From Felis catus (taxonomy: Eukaryota), in the NCBI RefSeq assembly GCF_018350175.1, contig NC_058368.1, positions 226,488,001 through 226,552,000 of the forward strand: DNA of 64,000 bases, read 5' to 3'. The notes under the pieces are model-generated. The model had not been told where the DNA came from, ran no database searches, and saw nothing but the letters and a program-made list of their open reading frames with translations. The translations under genes and the position numbers were made by a program. Position 1 is the stretch's first letter; every line of letters begins with the position of its first letter. Of this stretch, positions 38,330 through 49,932 are shown in pieces.

Positions 38330-38674
38330 CTCTAGAAACATGACGTGCCAAATTCCTAGCCAACACCTCAAACTTCCTCCGCAAAAATCCTTCTTTCCAT
38401 CCACTTCCTGTCCAAGACATTGTCTATCCTTCCCGTCACTAAGCTTAAATCCTCAAACACCTTTGCTTTCACCACATGCTCTGCTCCCTACATGCCATTA
38501 GCCGTGAGTCCTACTTAGATTGCAATTTATTTCTCAACAACCCTTTCTATTTTGTTTGTCACTGCCTGATTCAAATCCTCTGAAGGGTCGCCCTGTTCTC
38601 TTCTGTACCTATTCAATTAATCACAAAAGTCACTTTCAGTATGAACACCCTACAGTTACACCTAGGACATGATT

Positions 38675-38715
<41 letters not shown>

Positions 38716-38870
38716 CTCTGAAGACTCCACACCGCCTGAGAGATTCAAACACTTTCACATAGGATGCAAGGCCTCCATGATGGTTCTAACTTCCCATCCA
38801 CCAGTCTCCATGTTCTTTCTCTCTTTTTCACATGTGTAAAGTCTAGTTGAACTGCAAGATCTGTATCAGA
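38330..38870 (+). mobile_element. L2 relic containing (AC)n at about 38678-38714
   Basis: cacctcaaac..., tcccgtcactaagcttaaatcctc and caaggcctccatgat are L2-like. Confidence 0.45.
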
Positions 38871-38921
38871 TGCTCTCCCTGAATATCTCTCTTGTGCTTT
38901 CACACAGAAATCTTTCTTTTC

Positions 38922-39121
38922 TTTTTTAAAAAAATGTTCATTTATTTATATTGAAAGAGAGCACAAACAAGGGAGGGGCAGAGAGACAGAGAATCCCAAA
39001 CAGGCTCTACACTGTCACCACAGAGCCCGACATGGGGCTTGATTTTATGAACCATGAAACCATGGCCTGAGCCAAAGTCATGAATCAGACACTTAACTGA
39101 ATGAGCCACCCAGGTGACCCC
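38922..39121 (-). mobile_element. CanSINE
   Basis: Reverse body; TSD-like tctttcttttct. Confidence 0.94.
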
Positions 39122-39198
39122 ATTAATCTCTTTCTTTTCTAAATACCAAACACATCACAGATTCTACTTTTGTGGGTCTAATATCTTTAAAAACTAAT

Positions 39199-39254
39199 AA
39201 AGGAAAGGAAAGGAAAGGAAAGGAAAGGAAAGGAAAGGAAAGGAAAGGAAAGGA
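39199..39254. repeat. (AAAGG)n pentanucleotide repeat
   Basis: About 11 perfect units. Confidence 0.97.
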
Positions 39255-40048
39255 GAAAGAATGAAAAGAAATCGAGCAGAAGAAGGAAAGTAGGTAAGAA
39301 ATAGATAACACAAAGGAAAAAGGGAGGGAGAGAGGGAGTGAAGGAGGTGAAGGTTCATGGACATTTCTGGGGTCTGCTCTGGGACAGGTCCTAGGAGAGT
39401 CTTCCTCTCTTGTTGCTTTCCTGATACTTACAACAACGAATCCTATGAAATCTTATCCTCTATGATAATCTATATTTTTCAGAAGTAGACACAGATTAAG
39501 AAATCGGATGCCTTGACCAAAGTCTAAGCAGCCAGTGGCATCTAGAGCAGGGATTGAAGTCAAGAGTGTGACTGGCCCCAAGGGCTAGTGGCACATGGGG
39601 ATGTGGGCAGGTCACTTAGCCCAGCTCAGAGGCAGCATCATGTTGGAGGGAACAATGAAAGGGCTTGTGTAGCAGGCTGTGGCCTGAAGGGGTGTGCTCA
39701 GCCACAGTGGGGACAGCAAGACCAGAGACTGGGCTGCAGCAAGAACATAACCGGTTACCTCATGGGAAGGAAAAATATTATTAAAATAAAAAGTAACATG
39801 CTTGAAAAACACTACCCTGCGATATGTCACAAAGCTTTTCCCCTTAATTTGTCACCATCTACTTTTAGAGAGCCACACTGTCTCCGCTGCACCCACCCTC
39901 CCCAACAAACATTTTAGTTACATTATACTTATGTGGAACCCCAAATTCTAGCCTTCCATAGACAGATAGGTTGTGTTATGACAGTGATGACTGCATCCCC
40001 TTTGCGGTATGAAATCTTCCTAGGACAGAAGGCAAACAATCATTAAAT

Positions 40049-40189
40049 ATGCACCCAATGTTTACAGCAGCACTAGCTACAATAGCCAAATTATGGAAAG
40101 AGCCCAAATGTCCATCGACTGATGAATGGATAAAGAAGATCTGGTGTGTGTGTGTACGTGTGTGTGTGTATATATATATACAACACACA

Positions 40190-40232
<43 letters not shown>

Positions 40233-40655
40233 GAATATTACTTGGCAATCAAAAAGAATGAAATCTTGCCATTTGCAACAATATAGATGGCACTAGAATG
40301 TTTTATGCATTTTATGCTCCGTGAAATAAGTTAGAGAAAAATAAATATCATATGATTTCACTTATATGTGGAATTTAAGAAACAAAACTGATGAACATAG
40401 GGGAAGGAAAGGAAAAATAAGACAAAAGCAGAAAGGGAGACAAATCATAAGAGACTCTTAAATCCCAAGAAAAAACTAAGGGTTGCTGGAGGGGTGGTGG
40501 CTGGGGGGATGGGCTAGATGGGTGATGGGCATTTAAGGAGGGCACTTGTGGCGATGAGCGCTGGGTGTTACATACAAGTGATGAATCACTAAATTCTGCT
40601 CCTGAAACCATTATTACGCTGTATGTTAACCAACTTGAATTTAAATACAATTTCA
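40049..40655 (+). mobile_element. 5'-truncated carnivore L1, 3' end
   Basis: HPMFTAALATIAKLWKEPKCPSTDEWIKKIW is the ORF2p C-terminus; carnivore-type 3'UTR follows. Confidence 0.93.
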
Positions 40656-41219
40656 AATATATATATTGTGTTAAATTTGTGAGTTTTGTTCAGACTCCAT
40701 CAATCATTTTAGAAAATAACGATAACACCCTAATACAGTAATCGCATCTTCCTGTCTTTGCATTCCTGTTAAATCAAGTTCTAAGATTTATGCCTGGTCT
40801 AAGTCAATGGTATTAATGCAACAGTCACCATCATACTTGTCAGAACATTTCTGGAATTTGCATAGCTTTACCTCTTAACTGAAATAGTTCTGTGCTGAAG
40901 TCTACTATACTCCTAGAGAGAGTTAAGTCGGCATCAAAATCCTAAAAGAGAGGCAAATCCTAGAGGCGCAAAGCTCCTTTGCTCTTTCTGGATTAAAGTC
41001 CACGGGCAACACCATTACTCCGGATGGCATTTTGTTTTCTATATTTGGCTGTAGGAAGCCGAAAAAGGAAATTGCAATGAAAGGCAATCCTTTTTGACAT
41101 TAAGTTGTGGTTCCAAACCTGTGGGTAGTGAAGTTTAGACTAAGTGGGGTTTCTGTAGACTGGGATCTTAAAATATACGGCCATTTACCATACTCCCAAT
41201 CTTCAGTCACGTTACCTTT

Positions 41220-41246
41220 ATTTTTTAAAAAATATTTATTTTTGAA

Positions 41247-41277
<31 letters not shown>

Positions 41278-41440
41278 GTGCAAGCAGGGGAGGGGCAGAG
41301 AGAGAGGGAGACACAGAATCCGAAACAGGCTCCAGGCTCTGAGCTGTCAGCACAGAGCCCGATGCGGGGCTCGAACCCACGAACCGTGAGATCACGAGCC
41401 GAAGTCAGACGCTCAACCGACTGAGCCGCCCAGGCGCCCC
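41220..41440 (-). mobile_element. CanSINE
   Basis: Reverse body; TSD-like cacgttaccttt / catgctaccttt. Confidence 0.96.
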
Positions 41441-43032
41441 GGCCATGCTACCTTTCAAAGAGAGTTCCCTAAACTGGCCATACCTATGCTTCTGCAAATC
41501 AACAAATGTGGAAGTCCTGCATCTGACATGCTGGGGTTTCTTTTATCTAACAAGACACTGAAGGATAAATGAAAATATAAATAAAAGAGATAAATAAGAA
41601 TAAATATGGAAAACTTCGCTTTACTAAAACTAGTTTCACTGGTATTATGTTATTTAGTATACATTAAGTAATAAAAAATATAAACCACTAATGAATATCA
41701 CTAATATTCATTTTGTATTAAGCTTCTCCTTCTCTTGTTTATTTTGTTCGTCTGTTTGGCTAACAAACAGAGTGACCCTTAATGCCTGAAAGAATCGTAC
41801 CCCTGACATGTCCTGGTTATAAAGAACAGTAACTTGAGGAAAGAATTTTAGACGTGAGTCAATAAACACGTCTGTGGAATTAACGTTAAGAATTATTTGG
41901 TTAACTTTCCCAGAACCAACCTTCACATACCGAATTTTATATCTGGGGGAAAAAGTTTTTCAAAGTGTGGAAAACAAACATACCATGAGCAAAAGAGCTC
42001 ATAAGATCCACCAGAGGGAAATGGAACAAGTAAATTCGCCCATCTGTTCATACCTTTTTTTTTTTTTTCCTCCACTGCATTTGGAAACGTGCTGGACAGA
42101 GATAACTTTGTTCAGTCCTGAAGTGCGACTTGACATGATTGTTGTTTCTGGCGCCTGACACTCCACACAGGACCGGTGAAGTCCAGAAACCAGCCAGGAA
42201 AAGACAGCTGCCAGTTTCTGCAAGATTAGAACCCGGGCGCAGCCTCCTTTATCTACCTCTACCCTCCAAGCACACTCAGGAATTCTATCCATCAAGAAAA
42301 TTCATCGTCTCCACTTACTAACAGCACAACTCTCAGAATGCAGGGTCATCGTGGGTTCTGCGACCCGCCACACGGGATTCGACAGGGGCTGGCCAGGAAG
42401 CTGATGCCCCGCCCTGACTTACCTTACCCTGGTCATCTGTGTCCTGTGGTCATTAATTTTTTCAGCCAGAACCAGTATTTTCTTTTTCCTTCTTCCCCAC
42501 CCCCCCAGGATTCTTCCTCTTCTACGTTCCATGGGATAGGATAATGTGTTTTTTGTTTTTGTTTTTGTTTTTAGATACTCTCCATGTTGTAAATAAGAGT
42601 GGACTCGTCTTATATCGGTCGACAGACAGGTTGTATATCTGGGTTGTAATCTCGGGGGTTGTACCTCTGGGGCCGGAGCTGGGTAGAAACGTCATGCTTT
42701 CTTGGCCACACGGATAATGAGATGCTCCCCGACATCACTACCAAGAAAGCTTAGCAACCTGGTTTCAAATACAACCTTTTAACCTCGTCTGCATAATCGG
42801 TATGGGTGTTCCGTCTCCGAATTGTGAGAATAATCAATTGTGATGTCACTGCCCAGTTGCGGGGGTTAGGTCGTTACTAGGTCATCCAAAATAACACTAT
42901 TTTATCAGCTACACAATTTTCTGGAATAATGCACCTTTGACGTTTATTATCAAGCACCAGAAAACTGTCTCTGTGTGTCATACAACTAATGGAATGGAAA
43001 AATATGCTTCAGGAATAGTTTCTCCAAAATAA

Positions 43033-43256
43033 ATTTTTTATTTCTTCATGGATATTTTTGAGAGAGAGAGAGAGAGACAGAGTAAGAGTGTGAGTAGGGG
43101 AGGGGCAGAGAGAGAGGAAGACACAGAACCTGAAGCAGGCTCCAGGCTCTGAGCAGTCAGCACAGAGCCCGACGCGGGGCTCGAACTCACGAACAATGAG
43201 AGCATGACCTGAGCTGAAGTCAGATGCTTAACTGACTGAGCCACCCGGCTAGACCT
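43033..43256 (-). mobile_element. CanSINE
   Basis: Reverse body with a degenerate head. Confidence 0.94.
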
Positions 43257-43819
43257 TCCCTGTTTTATTTTTGATGTCCAGGCCTCAGTAAGATTTTGAG
43301 GTGCCTTGAAGGAATTTTTACCACACAGCAGAATAAAGAGTAAACAGCTCAAGAAAACAGGGCCCAGGAAAAATGGGGTAGAGAAATAATAAAAAGTCTC
43401 GAATATGATTAGTATCAGGGCATCCCCAAATCCTATACAATTCCTATAGGTAGGCCGCACGTGTGGTTCCGAACTTCTTAGCAGCCAAAGGAAATAGGCA
43501 AACCTGGTCAGTTACAAGACTCACAGTGTCTCTTCGAGAAAAAAATACATGAGGGTCCGAGAGAAATTCCCTCCAAATTTTTCTGTCCTCATCAAGTGGA
43601 GATGATGTGAAACAGCAAAAGTGACTTTACAATTTAGTCTATTTCTCCATCCTGTGATTCAAGAGAATTCTACGGACAGAGATCTTCCTGGTCACTGAAC
43701 TTGTTACCTCGATAACAGAACCTGCTAATGGTTTCAGGCTCTGCCTTTGTTTGGTGAGGCAGGTGCATTGTTTCTCATGCAAACTCCAATTCCTTTCTTC
43801 TCTAACTAGACATCGAATG

Positions 43820-44030
43820 GCGGTTTAGCATAGAGCTCAGAAAGTGGAATCTGGAACCAGCACGTGCACCTATCACCAGCGTGAATGCGTTGACCTGATT
43901 CATTTCTTCGGGCGTTATGCTAGGCATTTGTAAAATGGTTGGCATTTGTGACAGTCTTTTAGGTTTATTGTGAGGATCACACTAAATTACTTACGTTAGT
44001 GCCTGGAGCAGAGTCCAGCACTGACATGTC
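43820..44030 (+). mobile_element. MIR relic
   Basis: catttgtaaaatgg...ttgtgaggatcacac...gtgcctggagcagagt. Confidence 0.55.
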
Positions 44031-45145
44031 AGCTGTGACTAAAATGATCATTGCTATTTGCTATTCATATCTCTGTCCGTGCACTATGCATAACTATTCA
44101 TATCTGTACATACAAGAGTGTCTAACCAACACTAACTCTGCCGTAAAGAAAAGATACACACCGTTACCAATAGACTACGTCACAGTATTTGTTTCCCAAA
44201 TGAAGTTTGTACGTCCACTTCCACTAAATTAATTTTTAGTGCTGGTTTGGAATCACCGTGTTCTTTTTTTCTTTCTTCCTTATAAAGCACCCATCGTCAA
44301 GGAAAGCGCCTAATAATTGTACACGTCGTTATCTGGAACACTGGCCATTACAAAAAGTCGGCATCAGTTCGATGGGCCTCGGGGAAGAGAGTATGGTCAA
44401 AAGACCCTGAGAAGTCAGTCAACACTGCCGGTGTGAACCAACCAACAGGGAACACTACATTGTCCGGACCGATGAATTCAAAAACTGAAAAATAAACTTT
44501 CAAGGATTGACAAGTATCTTCAGGCCTTGGTGATGTGGCGACAGTCCAGGAAGAAGTGCACACAAAATTTCTGTCACCCTTCTTGACTCGTTCTGTCCGG
44601 TAGAGAAATGGGTTCTTTAATTATATACGTTCTGGTTCCCAGTTCAGTGCATTTCCGTCATGCATGAACTCTATGGAAGTTAACTTTGCCCAGTCAGCAA
44701 ATTAGGTCCATACATGCATTATACACTACAGTCCTCTGGGACACCAGTAAGTCACTCATCATCCGATTCTCAATTCTACGACACCGAGTAAAATCAGATG
44801 ATGTAAGAGTCAGACGATTTGGCAGTTTCATGCACAGATGCATGAAATGTCTGATTTGTGTTGACTGGAGAAGGGTCCTATATGGACAAGCAGAAGAGCT
44901 TCCATCTGAGCCTCACACTCAGAAGTCTGTGATTTTGACCTAGATACTTAAATCTCTCAGCCTCAATGTACTTAGTCATAAAACAGAAAGAAAAAAATAA
45001 TAATAATTATCACTTTTCAAAGACCATATTGTGATAACATGAGATTTTTGTAAACAAGCCTTTGAACACTAGAAAATATTATTCAGAAATAGAACCACTG
45101 TTTCTGATCTGGCCCTCACTTAGCAACATCAAAAATACAATCTGA

Positions 45146-45366
45146 GGGGCGCCTGGGTGGCTCAGTCGGTTGAGCGGCTGACTTCGGCTCAGGTCATGAC
45201 CTCACCATTCCTGGGTTCGAGCCCCACGTCGGGCTCTGTGGTGACAGCTCAGGGCCTGGAGCCTGTTTTGGATTCTGTGTCTCCCTCTCTGTCTCTGCCC
45301 CTCCCCTGCTCGTGCCCTGTCTCTTTCTCTCTCTCAAAAATAAAGAAACATGAAAAAAATTTGTTT
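45146..45366 (+). mobile_element. CanSINE
   Basis: Full body; TSD aaatacaatc. Confidence 0.96.
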
Positions 45367-45534
45367 AAATACAATCCTAGTGTTTCAGGCAAGAATCAAT
45401 CTCATAAGAGAATTAATTACAAACTAGAATCCCAGTTTAGACTTAAGTTGTAGGATATAATTGGTCCAGGCTTTCTTCATAATGGCCATAGCCTCTTCTG
45501 ACACTAAGTTATGCATTAAAAGTTTATTTTATGA

Positions 45535-45753
45535 GGGGCGCCTGGGTGGCGCAGTCGGTTAAGCGTCCAACTTCAGCCAGGTCACAATCTCGCGGTCCGT
45601 GAGTTCGAGCCCCGCATCAGGCTCTGGGCTGATGGCTCAGAGCCTGGAGCCTGTTTCCGATTCTGTGTCTCCCTCTCTCTCTGCCCCTCCCCCGTTCATG
45701 CTCTGTCTCTCTCTGTCCCAAAAATAAATAAACGTTGAAAAAAAAATTTAAAA
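45535..45753 (+). mobile_element. Young feline CanSINE (SINEC_Fc-type)
   Basis: Perfect 17-bp TSD aaaagtttattttatga (45518-45534 / 45754-45770). Confidence 0.98.
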
Positions 45754-45969
45754 AAAAGTTTATTTTATGAGCACTGAATTAGAGACAAAGTAGCAGACGA
45801 TTTTTCCTGAAGCTAAGGACAAAACTCTAGAAACGCACAGCCTGAGTTTGGAATCCTAGTCGACTATTATTTTTCCGGCTGTTAATTTCTCCAACCGTCA
45901 CTTCCTTTTTTTCTGAAAAGATGGAGGTGATGATAAAACATAGTAAAACAATTGTGAAGACTAAGTGAG

Positions 45970-46231
45970 ATGCTATATGTGTAATTTAACAAAACAAAGG
46001 ATCAAAAGGGAAAAACAGAGAGGCAAACCAAGAAACAGACTTAACTATAGAGAACAAAGGGATGGTTACCAGAGGGGAGGGGCTTGGGGGGGTGGGGGAT
46101 GGGGGATGAAGGAGGGCACTTGCTGTGACAAGCTCTTATGGGGAAGTGCTGAATCACTAAATCGGGCACCCAAAACTAATATCACACTGCATGTTAACTA
46201 ACTGGAATTTAAATACAAACTTACAAAAGAA
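45970..46231 (+). mobile_element. Short carnivore L1 3'UTR insertion inside a MIR relic (about 45790-46310)
   Basis: TSD aagactaagtga (45957-45968 / 46232-46243); G-rich L1 3'UTR. Confidence 0.88.
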
Positions 46232-46609
46232 AAGACTAAGTGAAAAGACATACGTGAAACATGCAGTGGAGTGCTTGGCATATGCCAAGTGTTCAAAGAG
46301 GGCTTGCTTTCATTATCTATTAACAGGGGACCAAGATCCTACACTACTCAATGCAGAGTGGTCTTCCTCTACATATGAAAGATGACCCCTTCACTGGAGC
46401 ATCTAGTTTAAGAAAGGATGCAACATACAGCAGAGATGGATGAACCCTATGGACGAGTGATCTACCCTCTGTAGATAAGTCAAATTATTTGCGGGTTGAA
46501 TGGATGACAAACATGATGTCACCACTTCCTTGACTGTGCTTAAAGTTTTATTTAAACAAAATACCAGTAAGACAAACATTCCAAGATTGATCAAGAAAAG
46601 AGACAGCAG

Positions 46610-46828
46610 GGGGCGCCTGGGTGGCGCAGTCGGTTAAGCGTCCGACTTCAGCCAGGTCATGATCTTGCGGTCCGTGAGTTCGAGCCCCGCGTCAGGCTCT
46701 GGGCTGATGGCTCAGAGCCTGGAGCCTGTTTCCGATTCTGTGTCTCCCTCTCTCTCTGCCCCTCCCCCGTTCATGCTCTGTCTCTCTCTGTCCCAAAAAT
46801 AAATAAACGTTGAAAAAAAAAAAAAAGA
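46610..46828 (+). mobile_element. Young feline CanSINE (SINEC_Fc-type)
   Basis: Perfect 17-bp TSD aagaaaagagacagcag (46593-46609 / 46829-46845). Confidence 0.98.
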
Positions 46829-46951
46829 AAGAAAAGAGACAGCAGTCTGAAATTAAAACATCCTGCAAGAAAGTAGGAGGAACTACGGGAGGACTAAAGG
46901 AGAACTACAAATAACACAGCTGTAAAATAAACTTTAAAATTTAGATGAAAT

Positions 46952-47120
46952 GGGGCGCCTCGGTGGCTCAGTCGGTTGATCTCGGCTCAAGTCATGACCT
47001 CAGGGTTGTGGGATCGAGCCCACGTTGGGCATAGAGCCTTTTTGAGATTCTCTCCCTCCTTCTCCCTCCGCCCCTCCCCTGCTTCCATATGCACGCGCAC
47101 ACACTCTCTTAATCAATCAA
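46952..47120 (+). mobile_element. CanSINE with internal deletions
   Basis: Perfect TSD taaaatttagatgaaat (46935-46951 / 47121-47137). Confidence 0.93.
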
Positions 47121-47239
47121 TAAAATTTAGATGAAATGGAGAAAATATTAGAAAATGTAACTTAACAAAACTGATTCAAGAAGACACAGAAAATATAAAT
47201 CGCCCTAGTGTCATAAAGGTATTTGAATCTATTTTACTG

Positions 47240-47448
47240 AAAGGAGCCAGCAAAATATAGTCTACAGGCTGGCCTCCTGTATTTTCATATAAAGTTTTAT
47301 TGAAACGCAGACATAAATATTTGCTTACATATTATCGATGGTTGCTTTTATACTGTAACAGCAGAGATTAGTAGTTGTGATGGACTGTATGGCCTGCAAG
47401 CTGAAAATATTTATCAACTGACTCTAAGAAAAAGTTTGCCAAACCCTG
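47240..47448 (+). mobile_element. MER58A
   Basis: ataaagttttattgaaacgcag...gtagttgtgatggactgtatggcctgcaagctgaaaatattta...aaaaagtttgccaaaccctg. Confidence 0.85.
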
Positions 47449-47517
47449 GTCTTTGAACCCAATCTCACTCATGAAAATATGCAAGTAGGACATTAGAGGA
47501 AAAAATTGATGATCAAT

Positions 47518-47591
47518 ACAATCCAATACCCATTAATGACTTGGAAGTAAAAAGAAGTCAAGACAATCTGATACCCATTAATGACTTGGAA
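47518..47591. repeat. Local direct duplication, period 45
   Basis: acaatc(ca/tg)atacccattaatgacttggaa at 47518-47546 and 47563-47591. Confidence 0.9.
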
Positions 47592-48847
47592 AAGGTTAGC
47601 TAACTGAAAATGGAAAGCAATCTACTTAGCTTAATAAAATCTGTTTATATAACACCTACAGCAATTATTAAATTTAATGGTGAAATATGGAGAAGCAATT
47701 CTTTTGGAAAATAAGAGACACATGATGATGCCTACTGTTGTAACATTAATTTAGCACTGAATGTTCTGGCTAGCATAAGACAAGAAAAGTAAAGAGTATA
47801 AGGGTTGGAAAAGAAGAAATCAAAATGTCATCATCTCTAGATTCTATGATATTCGCATTAAATAACCAAAGTAGTCTCTATAAATTATTGGTTTAATTTA
47901 AAAGTATAGCAAAATAACGGTCAATAAGATCAATTTTCACAAAACATAAATTTCATTTTCAGATAGCAGTAAACTTGTACATAAAATGTTTGGAAAAGAA
48001 TACCATGTTTAGCAAAAAGAGCCAGACACAACGATGTACATACGATGTAATTCGATTTATATGATGGTCCAGAACAGGCAAAGCTAACCTGTAGTGACAA
48101 AAAGTGAATCAGTGACTTCCTGGGGCTTTGAAGAGAGGGTGGATTTGACTGAAATGGGGCAGTAAGGAACTTTCTGGGAGGAGGTGCATGAGTGTACACA
48201 TTTGTCAAAATTTATCAGACCATACATATAAAGTTTGTGCATTCCATTGTCTAGACATTAGATCTCAATGAAGGTGACTTAAGCAAAAAAAGAAAAAAGA
48301 TGAAAAAGTCCTTACATCAGCCACCAAAAATATAAAATATTTAGGAATAACTCTAAAAAAAAGTTTTAAACATTTTAAGATCTTATCAAACATGAAAGAG
48401 ACCTAAAAAGAAGAATACAGTATTAATGCATAAGAAATCTCAGTATCCTATAGGCATCTGTTGTCACCAAACTGACCTACTATTCAATAGGATTTCATCC
48501 AAAATCCCACGATTTTTTGGTGAAATTCACAAAAGAATTATAAAATGTGTATCGAAGTGGGCAGTCTCAAGATACTCCTTTACAAGAACGGCCAAGAGAT
48601 TTTGGAAGAAAATTGCCAAAGGACTGCACTTCCAGATATCAAGCTGAATTTAAAACTGAATTAATTAATAGTGTTGTTTTGGAGCAGAAATAAATAAATA
48701 AATAGGGCAACAGAATGGAAGAGCAAACCCAGGAACTTTCCACATAGACTGTTCAGCGAATGGCATTGGGCAATACTGTACTGGAGTTGCTCTGAACCAG
48801 CTTTCAATAGCCAACCATTAAACTTTAAAACTTTCCAAGGTATTGTT

Positions 48848-48927
48848 TTTTGGTTTTTGTTTTTTGTTTTGGTTTGTTTGTTTGTTTGTTTGAGACAGAG
48901 AGAGACAGAGCATGAGCGGGGAGGGGC

Positions 48928-48958
<31 letters not shown>

Positions 48959-49090
48959 ATCTGAAACAGGCTCCAGGCTCTGAGCTCTCAGCACAAAGCC
49001 CGATGCGGGGGGCGGCTTGAACTTGTCAACCACAAGATCATGACCTGAGCCAAAGTCGGACGCTCAACAGACTGAGCCACCCAGGCGTCC
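48848..49090 (-). mobile_element. CanSINE
   Basis: Reverse body; TSD tccaag(g/c)ta(t/c)tgtt. Confidence 0.96.
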
Positions 49091-49649
49091 CTCCAAGCTA
49101 CTGTTAATATGGCCATTATTAAAAGTAAATTGTATAAACTTAAAATGAAGGAAATCATATTAATAACAAAACAAAAACTCAAAACTCATCACTTCTTTAT
49201 TTTGACTGCATTTTCTGTATGTCCTTTGATCTATATGGTGGACACACGAAGATGTGGAACTCTGTGCATCTTGTCCCAACTCTGTGTTCAGCTTGGTGTT
49301 CAGCATGGTAGTAGCTTGACATTCACAGATTGAGGAGTATTTATACCACAGAAATTTTCAATGTTACAAATCAGGGCTTCATTTGTTATTTTTGGTCTTG
49401 CCCAGACTTAGGAGCATCACGGCAAAAGTGTTAATAATACAGATTAAGCTTAAAAGTGTATCATGTCTATAGCCAGCACATTGTGAGTAGTGCATGAAGT
49501 TAAGAAAATATTTTTCCAGGTCTCAAATATTATTATATGATTTAACATAGAGGTCATTAATGTCACTGACAAATGGTGAATTTTCCAAACATTTTATTGT
49601 TTCATTTTTGTATTACTCGTTAACATAAATAAGAACATTATCCATTGTT

Positions 49650-49932
49650 CTTTTTTTTTTTAATTTTTTTTTAACATTTATTAACATTTTTAACATTAAT
49701 AACATTTATTAACATTTATTAACATTTTTTAACATTTAACATTTTTGAGACAGAGAGAGACACAGCATGAATGGGGGAGGGGCAGAGAGAGAGGGAGACA
49801 CAGAATCGGAAGCAGGCTCCAGGCTCCGAGCCATCAGCTCAGAGCCCGACGCGGGGCTCGAACCCGTGGACCGCGAGATCGTGACCTGAGCTGAAGTCGG
49901 ACGCTTAACCGACTGAGCCACCCAGGCGCCCC
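49650..49932 (-). mobile_element. CanSINE with expanded tail
   Basis: Low-divergence body; TSD ttatccatt(g/a)ttctt; eight AACATT units in the tail. Confidence 0.97.

Larger units (their letters stand above)
46540..48770 (+). mobile_element. Old, fragmented L1 ORF2 (L1M/L1ME-like) with nested elements
   Basis: ttagatgaaatggagaaaat...aaaactgattcaagaagacacagaaaat; a separate L1 3' end lies at about 48005-48290. Confidence 0.7.

Noticed and set aside
46072..46106. G-quadruplex-capable G runs
   Set aside because: This is the ordinary G-rich tract of the L1 3'UTR.
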